A DNA stretch of 14,989 nucleotides, from the NCBI GenBank assembly GCA_938091905.1, contig CALKOM010000135.1:1-14989 (forward strand). Direction: 5' to 3'. Positions 7,968-14,989 of this stretch are shown here, piece after piece. Numbering within the stretch: position 1 is the first letter of the stretch; every line of letters begins with the position of its first letter. The translations under genes and the position numbers were made by a program. The DNA comes from an uncultured Verrucomicrobiales bacterium (lineage in GTDB: Bacteria > Verrucomicrobiota > Verrucomicrobiia > Verrucomicrobiales > DEV007). Below the pieces are notes generated by a model. The model saw only the letters and a list, made by a program, of their open reading frames with translations. It was not told the origin of the DNA and did no database searches.

Positions 7968-8924
7968 CTATTGGCGCTTCTGAGCGAACATCCATTTGTG
8001 GACTTCCTCATCATTGTAGACTTGCCCAGCAATGCCGTGATCTCCGTCGGGAAACTCGGTGTACTTCACTTCGGCCCGTGCTTTTTTCAAGGCCTCGACC
8101 ATTTTTTGACTCTGTTCGACTTTCACCGTGGGATCCTTGGCTCCGTGAAAAACCCAGACCGGCACCTTCTTGTAGTCGCGTGCGGCCGAGGGATTGCCAC
8201 CTCCGGCGATGGGCACTGCTGCAGCGAACATCTTCGGTTCGCGGCCTAACAAATGAAAGGTGCCGTAGGCACCCATGGAATAGCCTGTGATGTAGACACG
8301 TTTCTCATCGATCGGCAGACTCTTGATAAGATCTTCGGCGATCTTGACGACAGACTGACCATTCTTGCCGCTCCAAGTCTCGTCTTTTTTGGGCGCTTGC
8401 GGGGCGATGATAAAGCAACGTCGATCGCGATAATTCTTAGAATTAGCGAATGTGTCTGCAGACCACGGCTTCGCCCCGGTCATGACGTCGCCATTCTTAC
8501 CGTGCAGGTAGATGACCAAGGGAAAGCTCGTTGGCGCGTTTGATAGACCAGGTGAGGCTCTGAGCAGTTTCCGTTCTCCGTAAAACCGGAACTTCAACCC
8601 CTCGCTCTCGTGGCGTTCCCAATTACCCGTAACGAGTTTCACGAGCGGATCTGACTTATCGACTTCCTTGTTAGAACCAGCTGAAATCTCAATTCCCGCC
8701 TTGTCCGCATTCTCTTTCAGCCATGTTTGATCGGCTTCGGACAGTTTGTCGACAGGCAGTGTGAATGAGCGGCCATCATTGCGGCGCTTGATCGTGACGT
8801 TGCCATCACTTACACTAACAAATTCTGCGAGTAGCGTGCGTCCGTCTGCAGAGGTCCACTGACGAAACTCTGCCTTTGAGCTGGCGAGCGTCAGTGCGAA
8901 AGCGAGGATTAGAAGGCACTTCAT
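7968..8924 (-). CDS. Secreted SHD1-domain + alpha/beta-hydrolase (esterase / predicted peptidase, COG4099-like)
   Basis: Signal MKCLLILAFALTLASSKA; SHD1-like RQWTSADGRTLLAEFV...LPVDKLSEADQTWL; hydrolase PLVIYLHG, GYSMGA (nucleophile Ser), HGAKDPTV (Asp), GDHG (His). Alternative start at 8942. Confidence 0.85.
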   Translation of the reverse strand: MKCLLILAFALTLASSKAEFRQWTSADGRTLLAEFVSVSDGNVTIKRRNDGRSFTLPVDKLSEADQTWLKENADKAGIEISAGSNKEVDKSDPLVKLVTGNWERHESEGLKFRFYGERKLLRASPGLSNAPTSFPLVIYLHGKNGDVMTGAKPWSADTFANSKNYRDRRCFIIAPQAPKKDETWSGKNGQSVVKIAEDLIKSLPIDEKRVYITGYSMGAYGTFHLLGREPKMFAAAVPIAGGGNPSAARDYKKVPVWVFHGAKDPTVKVEQSQKMVEALKKARAEVKYTEFPDGDHGIAGQVYNDEEVHKWMFAQKRQ

Positions 8925-8976
8925 GGCAAGTAGTTTAGCCATGGAGGAACCGAGAAGGAAGTCTCTTTATTTCCTG

Positions 8977-9921
8977 CTATTTGCTCATCTCGAGCATTCG
9001 AAGAATGGGCTCCTCAGCCCGTTTGCGAACCTCTTCATCCATGGTCACCTGGGGACTGAGGTTCAGGAGGCAATCATGAAGCTTCTCCATGGTGTTCATT
9101 TTCATGTAGCGACAGTCTGAGCAATTGCACTTGTCGGTTGGGCCCGCGATGAGGTTCTTATCGGGCGCTTCTTTGCGCAGGCGATGGATCATGCCGGATT
9201 CTGTCACGACGATGATGTTCTTTGCTTTGCTATTTTTACAGAAAGTGACCATCTTTTCCGTCGAGCAAACTTCATCGGCTAGCATGCGCACCGAATAGGT
9301 GCATTCAGGATGGGCCACGACTACTGCGTCTGGGTGTTCCTCCTTGATGCCAGAAATACTATCACGCGTAAACTCGACGTGTACATAGCAGGCCCCTTCC
9401 CACAGATCCATCTTGCGCCCGGTCTTCTCAATGACCCATGCGCCGAGATTCTGATCAGGTACAAAGAGGATGTTCCGATCCTTGGGCACTTGTTCCACAA
9501 GCTTGACCGCATTACCACTCGTGCAGATGAGATCGGACAATGCCTTCACCGCTGCACTGCAGTTGATGTAGGCCATGACATAGTAGTTCTTGTCTTTATG
9601 TTCTTCGAGGTATCTCTCAAGAGCTGGGCCAGGGCAGGCCTGTTCCAGGGAGCAACCCGCGTCTTTGTCAGGAAGGACCACGGTCTTTTCCGGATTGATG
9701 ATCTTGGCTGTTTCCGCCATGAAGTGAACCCCGCAAAACGCGATGACCTCGGCATCCGTTTCTTTGGCCTTGTAGGCTAGACCTAACGAGTCCCCGACAT
9801 AGTCGGCAATGTCTTGGATAGGACCCACCTGATAGTTGTGCGCGAGGATGATCGCGCTGCGTTCCTTTCTGAGGCGCTTGATTTCGGATTCGAGATCGAT
9901 GGGAGAAGCGATGGTGGCCAT
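8977..9921 (-). CDS. nadA: Quinolinate synthase
   Basis: ILAHNYQ, GDSLGL, FCGVHFMAETAKI, AGCSL, YINCSAAVKA, CTSGNA, PDQNLG, CYVH, AHPEC, CRYMKMNT. The three Fe-S ligand Cys motifs are present. Confidence 0.97.
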   Translation of the reverse strand: MATIASPIDLESEIKRLRKERSAIILAHNYQVGPIQDIADYVGDSLGLAYKAKETDAEVIAFCGVHFMAETAKIINPEKTVVLPDKDAGCSLEQACPGPALERYLEEHKDKNYYVMAYINCSAAVKALSDLICTSGNAVKLVEQVPKDRNILFVPDQNLGAWVIEKTGRKMDLWEGACYVHVEFTRDSISGIKEEHPDAVVVAHPECTYSVRMLADEVCSTEKMVTFCKNSKAKNIIVVTESGMIHRLRKEAPDKNLIAGPTDKCNCSDCRYMKMNTMEKLHDCLLNLSPQVTMDEEVRKRAEEPILRMLEMSK

Positions 9922-10048
9922 GGTAATCTATTTCTAGTCTTCGTAGAGGACCTACGATCCCAGAAGGGCACTTGCCAAGGCACAAGTTCGCCTTTGCGAG
10001 CGAATTTCCCGTGGACAAGCCCCGACTCCGAGCCGTGGAATACCCATC

Positions 10049-11311
10049 ATGGACGCCCTGCAACAAGAGATCCTCGACATGGGAAAGCGTGCGCGAAAAG
10101 CCGCTCTCGCCCTTGCAAACCTGACGACTGCGCAGAAAAACGCCATTCTGCTCTCGATGGCAGATGGGTTGGTTACCTGCCAGGCGGCAATCCTCGAAGC
10201 CAATACCAAAGATCTTAAGGCGGCTGAGGAGAACGGACTCAACACAGCGATGATCGATCGACTCCGCCTCGATGCCCCTCGCATTGAAGCCATTGCCGAT
10301 GGTATTCGTCAGGTAGCCGCATTGCCTGATCCAGTGGGTGAGACTTTGGACGAATGGGATCGTCCTACTGGGATTCACATTGTGAAGAAACGTGTGCCGA
10401 TCGGTGTCATTGGCATCGTCTACGAATCTCGTCCCAACGTGACAAGCGATGCGGCAGTTCTTTGCTTCAAGTCTGGCAATGCGACCATCTTGCGTGGCGG
10501 TAAAGAAGCGATTCACTCTAACGGTGCCATTGCAGATGCTCTCGATTTCGGTGGGCGGGAAGCAGGCATGCCCGAAGGGGCTATTCAACTCATTCGAACG
10601 CCTGACCGTGCGACGGTCCGTTATCTTTCGGAAATGGATCAGTATTTGGATCTCATCATTCCACGCGGAGGGAAGGGGCTTATCGAGACCGTTGTGTCAT
10701 TGGCGAGGATGCCAGTAATCAAACACTATGACGGTATCTGCCACGTCTATGTGGACAAAGATGCTGATCTCGAGATGGCCAAGGCCATTGCCGTCAATTC
10801 CAAGACGCAGAAGCCTAGCGTCTGCAATGCCCTCGAAACGTTGTTGGTACATCGTGATGTGGCTGAATCATTTTATGCGGATGGTGGGCAGGCGCTCCTA
10901 GATGCGGGCGTCACCCTTCGTGGGGATGCTACATTGGAGAAGGTGCTATCTGGAAAGGTGGAGCAAGCTACGGAGGACGACTGGACTGCTGAATACCTTG
11001 ATCTCATTCTTGCCGTGAAGACCGTAGAGTCGATTGATGACGCCATCGATCACATCAACACGTTCGGCTCGCGTCACAGTGACTGCATCGTGACCAGAGA
11101 CGCCGATCTCGCAGAGCGCTTTCTCAACGAGATCGACTCTGCGGCCGTGTTCTGGAATACATCGACGCGTTTCAGCGACGGGGAAGAGTTTGGCTTTGGA
11201 GCAGAAATTGGTATTAGCACGGACAAGCTCCATGCACGCGGTCCCATGGCATTGCCTGAATTGACTTCCTACAAATACCTGATCACCAGTGATGGGGTTG
11301 TGCGCGGTTAG
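10049..11311 (+). CDS. proA: Gamma-glutamyl phosphate reductase
   Basis: VPIGVIGIVYESRPNVT, KSGNATILRGGKEA, DLIIPRGG, VCNALETLLVH (catalytic Cys), NTSTRFSDGEEFGFGAEIGIST.KLHARGPM. Confidence 0.97.
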   Translation: MDALQQEILDMGKRARKAALALANLTTAQKNAILLSMADGLVTCQAAILEANTKDLKAAEENGLNTAMIDRLRLDAPRIEAIADGIRQVAALPDPVGETLDEWDRPTGIHIVKKRVPIGVIGIVYESRPNVTSDAAVLCFKSGNATILRGGKEAIHSNGAIADALDFGGREAGMPEGAIQLIRTPDRATVRYLSEMDQYLDLIIPRGGKGLIETVVSLARMPVIKHYDGICHVYVDKDADLEMAKAIAVNSKTQKPSVCNALETLLVHRDVAESFYADGGQALLDAGVTLRGDATLEKVLSGKVEQATEDDWTAEYLDLILAVKTVESIDDAIDHINTFGSRHSDCIVTRDADLAERFLNEIDSAAVFWNTSTRFSDGEEFGFGAEIGISTDKLHARGPMALPELTSYKYLITSDGVVRG

Positions 11312-11363
11312 CTGCGGCTTCCCGGAGAATGGGATTGGATTTGAGTGACGGTGAGCAGAATCG

Positions 11364-11847
11364 ATGAAAGCGCTTCTAGATGATATCACGAAGTTTGATG
11401 TTGACGCTATTGTGAATGCCACCAACTCGTCGCTAACAGGGAGAAGCTGCGTCGATGGCGCGATTCATTTGGCTGATGGAATAGAGCATGTCCATAAAAT
11501 GCAGACTCCTGGGAGGCTGCAAGGCGGGGTAGGCTAAGTTGGCCCAGGCCTATAAGCATCCAGCTAAATAAGGCGTTCCCACCGCGGGCCCTATTTGGAA
11601 TGGTGGTAGTGAGAATAAGGACGACTTGCTAGGATCCTGCTATGTGGGGTCTTTGAAGATCGCCGAGAACTATAACGACATTGCGTCGATTGCTTTTCCC
11701 TACATTAGCACGGGCAACTTCAGCTTTCCGCCTGATCGAGCAGCGACGATTGCAGTGGATGCTTGTAAGGAAACGGTCCTAGATACCGTCTTCTGCTGTT
11801 TCTCGGAGAGAGCCCCAAAACGATATCTTGCGTTGATACGTGCGTAA
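11364..11847 (+). pseudogene. Macrodomain (YmdB-like O-acetyl-ADP-ribose deacetylase) pseudogene
   Basis: From ATG 11364 the frame reads [36 protein letters not shown] +1 frameshift at the AAAA run (11496-11499) then gives [34 protein letters not shown]...LLGSCY...SIAFPYISTGNFSFP, with in-frame stops at TAG 11530 and TAA 11569. Confidence 0.88.
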
Positions 11848-11976
11848 TCTACCGAAGGATGTGAAAGAAGAGCTGTGAGATACCGTTTGTCTCGACTTCG
11901 CTTACTTCCCGGGTTTCGCCATGGGTAAGGGCAACGTTATGTATGAAAATTGATTGGTGCGGCAATGTGTCGCTTA

Positions 11977-12578
11977 TTAAGGCATTCGATAGTCTACTGT
12001 GACGGTCGTGACTACAGGAGTGATGATCCAGGTGACTGGCGGGAACCGATACCAGAAAACTTCTGTGTCCGTTTCGATCAGGCGAACTCTGTCGCCGTTC
12101 TCTGGGGTGATTTCTGCTGTCAGGTCGTCAACCATCTGATCGATATTCGTGCTGCCATCGAAAGAAATGATGCTTGTCGAGTTATCTTGGTATTCTATTT
12201 GTAGACCGCTATTTCTAGTTGCTCAGAATTGGCTTCCCCATCTACGGTAAGATTTCCTAACGTATACACGGTTGTTCCTGCTGAGGCTTGAGCAGTATTG
12301 CCGAATGCTCCTGACACCTTTGTCATTAGCCTTGCCGCGGTCAGTGATTTGCCCGTGAATAGATCGGCGTGAGTAGAGTCGACGACGGATTGCTTAACTA
12401 GCCGAAGACGACCGTGCGTTTTACCTATGGGTGGGGCAGAGGCGCACACGCGAAGTCCATCCTCGCTGCCAGGAGCGACCAGGAGTTCCGAGACGCTTGG
12501 GAATGAGGAGTTGGTGGAAGCACACGGTATGAGTAGGCTGGTAAAGAGAATTGAGAGTAATTGGATCGAACGTTTCAT
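11977..12578 (-). pseudogene. Frameshifted exported/lipoprotein-like hypothetical gene (about 200 aa if repaired)
   Basis: The 127-aa ORF has a signal-like start (MKRSIQLLSILFTSLLIPCAS). Near 12210 the adjacent frame continues SGLQIEYQDNSTSIISFDGSTNIDQMVDDLTAEITPENGDRVRLIETDTEVFWYRFPPVTWIITPVVTTVTVDYRMP and ends in tandem TAA TAA (11979-11974). The span is 602 nt, one base short of 201 codons. Confidence 0.55.
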
Positions 12579-12731
12579 AGCAGAGAGAGCGCTGCTAGAG
12601 GGTGACGTCGTTAGTTTGTCGTTTCGGCGAAGTTGCGGATAAGTCGAGTTCTAAGCGAGATAGATAGAGGCCCGGTAGTTTGTTGCTGAATCCAGCTTGA
12701 GTGTGCTCTCTTGCGTTGACATCTTCTTTTC

Positions 12732-13373
12732 ATGAAGATGGAGACTCGTTGGGAAGAGCTAAGGGCTGCTTTAGCTGAGCAGGCTCGCACGACAGCGGAG
12801 GGAACTTGGTGGGATGAGGCTGAGATCCGTGATGCCGTCATGGAGGCCAACGCCCGAGGTGTGGATGTCGACCTCGCGTTTCAGTGCCGTTCGGCCTGTC
12901 GATCTCATGTAGATTTCCTCGAGGGAATGCAGCGTCTGATGGAGGAGCTTCCGCCACGCAAAGCACGCGTATTGATGGTGGATGATGAAGAGAGCTTTCT
13001 TCGTTTAGTGAAGATGAACCTTGAGCGGACGCATCGGTATGAAGTGACTACGGTATCTGATCCACAAACGGCCTTGGAAACGGCGCGGGCTGTGGGGCCG
13101 GACATTATTTTGATGGATGTGGTAATGCCTGGAAAGGATGGGCTCGATTTAGTTCAGGAATTGAAAGCTGACTCTGATTTTCAGAGTATTCCGGTCATCA
13201 TGCTGACGGCGTTGGCGTCCGATTTGGAGAAGGGAGCCGTGACGAAAGATGGGGTGTTGTTTCTGAGCAAACCGGTGGAGATCAAGCGGCTCGTTCATTG
13301 CATCCAAGAGCATCTTAAGGCGAACTCTGGTAGAATGACAGTGGTCGGCCGCGATGGCGGTGGGGATCAGTAA
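12732..13373 (+). CDS. Response regulator receiver with an unrecognised ~75-aa N-terminal extension
   Basis: VLMVDDE, IILMDVVMPGKDG (phospho-Asp), MLTA, LSKPV; no C-terminal output domain. Confidence 0.85.
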   Translation: MKMETRWEELRAALAEQARTTAEGTWWDEAEIRDAVMEANARGVDVDLAFQCRSACRSHVDFLEGMQRLMEELPPRKARVLMVDDEESFLRLVKMNLERTHRYEVTTVSDPQTALETARAVGPDIILMDVVMPGKDGLDLVQELKADSDFQSIPVIMLTALASDLEKGAVTKDGVLFLSKPVEIKRLVHCIQEHLKANSGRMTVVGRDGGGDQ

Positions 13374-13753
13374 AGTTCACTTTCAATCACCTTTAGAAGA
13401 ACGGGAAGGTCCACTGGCTTGGCTACAAGAACTCTGTCTCCATGTTGACTAACGGAGTTTTCAGATCCGTCTTTCTTACCAACCAATGCCGTGAGGAAGA
13501 TGATAGGGACTTCACCGAATTCTGGGTGTTGCCGAATCTTGGCGGACAGTTCGCCACCGTCGACGCCTGGCATCACCATGTCGAGAATGATGAGATGTGG
13601 TCGGTAGGCAGCAATGTTATCTAGGGCTATTAAGGGGTCATTGAGAATCCGTACCAGATAGGAACCCTGGCGCTCAAGATTCATTTTCAAGAGCTTTGTG
13701 AAACCAACTTCGTCATCAATGAGGAGAATTCTGCGGTGTTCTTCGTGCTCCAT
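13367..13753 (-). CDS. Single-domain (CheY-like) response regulator
   Basis: ILLIDDE, IILDMVMPGVDG, FLTA, AKPV; starts 5 nt after the kinase stop. Confidence 0.92.
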   Translation of the reverse strand: MEHEEHRRILLIDDEVGFTKLLKMNLERQGSYLVRILNDPLIALDNIAAYRPHLIILDMVMPGVDGGELSAKIRQHPEFGEVPIIFLTALVGKKDGSENSVSQHGDRVLVAKPVDLPVLLKVIESELY

Positions 13754-13758
13754 GAGCC

Positions 13759-14803
13759 TTAGTTTGCCTGTTTAAATGTGAGGGTCACCGTCGTGCCGCC
13801 ACTATGGTTGCTACGGACATCAATTTGCCCTTGGTGGATTTCAACAATCTTCTTTACTACTGTTAGGCCCAGTCCTGTCCCCATTCCCGTGGGCTTCGTC
13901 GTGTAGAAGGGGGCGAAGATGTTGTTTAGAACTTCCTGGGGGATCCCACAACCGTTGTCTTCGATCTCGGTGATTATCACGGGTTCACCCCGGCGGAGGC
14001 GCGATCCGGTGCGCAGACCATCATCATGTATCTGATCTGCAGCTACCCCAGCGCGTGTGCGGATGCACAGCCTACCGTAGCGAGGGCCGCTTTGCATCGC
14101 ATGGATCGCATTCATTAGGAGATTCACTAAGACTTGTTCATATTTTGTATTGTCAACTTTAATGGCCGGGAGCTCGGGATCGAAATCCTTCTCGACCGTG
14201 ATGCTCGACTTGGTGAGTTCGTGACGGACCATCATGAGGACATGCTCTAACACCGTGTTTACGGAAACGAGCTGGAGGTCGAGCTGTCGTTCGGAAGAGA
14301 AATCGACTAAGCCTCGCACGATCTTGTCTGCACGGTGCACCGCAGCCCGCATTTCCTCGACGATGACAGGAATATTCTCGTCGTTTGGAGAGATGTCCTC
14401 TGATAAGTACTCCACGCCCATGAGTATCAAGGCGAGCGGGTTCTTCACCTCATGGGCGACTCCGGCTGCAAGGCGCCCGACCGATTCCAGCTTTTCCAAC
14501 TGAATCATTTGGTCCTGGGTGGCTCTCAGTTGGGCATTGGCCTCGGATAACTTCTCTTCGGCGACGTGTCGTGCTGTGATGTCTTCGCTGATTCCAAGCA
14601 AGTAGCGACGCTTCCCCGCAGGGCCAAGAAGCGCCACTTTTCGCGTGTGAAAGATCACGCGATTATCCGTATCATTTCTAACATCTTCGCTTGGGATTTC
14701 GACTTCCCGATTCTCTTCCATGGCGCGAATGTCATCCGCGCGAAACTTCTCGGCAATTTCTGTAGGAAAGAGGTCGAAATCAGTCTTACCCAGGGCCTCG
14801 GAG
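13759..14803 (-). pseudogene. PAS/PAC sensor histidine kinase (HisKA + HATPase), 5'-truncated by IS insertion
   Basis: Begins mid-PAS (SEALGKTDFDLFP..A..F..DD), then PAC YLLGISEDITAR, H-box AHEVKNPL, N-box NLLMNAIHAM, G1 DNGCGI, F-box PFYTTK, G2 GTGLGL. Sequence right of 14803 is IS DNA. Confidence 0.85.
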
Positions 14804-14829
14804 TGAAGTTCCCCCAAATTGATGGACAC
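14804..14829 (+). repeat. Putative left terminal inverted repeat (IRL) of the IS3-family element
   Basis: TG start and the TGAA..CCCC....GGACAC pattern typical of IS3-family ends. The partner IRR is outside the window, so the exact length cannot be fixed. Confidence 0.65.
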
Positions 14830-14863
14830 GGCTTGATAGGTCTGACACAACCAGATACAGACC

Positions 14864-14989
14864 ATGCCAAAGAGAACAAAGAACTACACGCAGGAGTTCC
14901 GAGACGGAGCCGTTGACCTATTGAGGACGAGTGACCAGCCGCTCTCCCAAGTTGCCCGAGAGCTTGGCGTTAGCGTTGCCAGCCTACGA
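14864..14989 (+). CDS. IS3-family transposase OrfA (HTH_Tnp_1), partial
   Basis: Not in the ORF track: MPKRTKNYTQEFRDGAVDLLRTSDQPLSQVARELGVSVASLR, matching the Y..EF...AV.L......VA.ELG.S pattern. Confidence 0.9.
   Translation, partial: MPKRTKNYTQEFRDGAVDLLRTSDQPLSQVARELGVSVASLR

Larger units (their letters stand above)
14804..14989 (+). mobile_element. IS3-family insertion sequence, left end (partial)
   Basis: Starts 5'-TG with an IS3-like terminal repeat TGAAGTTCCCCCAAATTGATGGACAC. An OrfA-type HTH transposase ORF begins 60 nt inside the element. The element interrupts the kinase reading frame. Confidence 0.88.

Noticed and set aside
7964..8032. Extended pectate lyase start at 8032
   Set aside because: It overlaps the esterase 3' end and would bury the signal peptide that starts at 7963.
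9941..9957. Resemblance of CGTAGG...TCTAC to the NAD+-I (nadA motif) riboswitch
   Set aside because: Only a short hairpin; the internal loop and further stems of that motif cannot be formed. Not called without an Infernal hit.
9668..10588. 306-aa minus-strand ORF overlapping proA and nadA
   Set aside because: Antisense shadow of proA running out of frame into nadA; no recognisable motifs.
11950..12204. 84-aa plus-strand ORF, and the other short ORFs nested in or antisense to called genes
   Set aside because: It is antisense to the more protein-like minus frame. None of the short nested ORFs has motif support.
14804..14865. ORF-track N-terminus MVCIWLCQTYQAVSINLGELH as a native kinase start
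   Set aside because: It is the reverse complement of the IS3 left end, not kinase sequence.
1..14989. CRISPR arrays, tRNA/rRNA genes, long tandem repeats
   Set aside because: None seen; the intergenic gaps are short and show no repeat-spacer or cloverleaf pattern.

Overview
Bacterial genomic DNA, most likely from a PVC-superphylum organism (Verrucomicrobia/Planctomycetes-like, inferred from the DUF1501 + PSD1/PSCyt cytochrome pair and an SHD1-domain protein). The left ~11.3 kb is intact and gene-dense: a partial exported protein, an RsmH-family methyltransferase with a basic N-terminal extension, an OafA-like acyltransferase (AT3+SGNH), then a tightly packed minus-strand run nadA > SHD1-esterase > PL10 pectate lyase > di-heme PSD1/DUF1549/DUF1553 protein > Tat-exported DUF1501 protein, and a divergent proA. 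All eight complete genes in this part end in TAG. The right ~3.7 kb looks like a decaying accessory region: a macrodomain (YmdB-like) pseudogene, a frameshifted lipoprotein-like gene, two related convergent response regulators, and a PAS histidine kinase cut by an IS3-family element that runs off the right edge. I saw no rRNA, tRNA or CRISPR array. All calls come from motif recognition by eye; no database searches were run.
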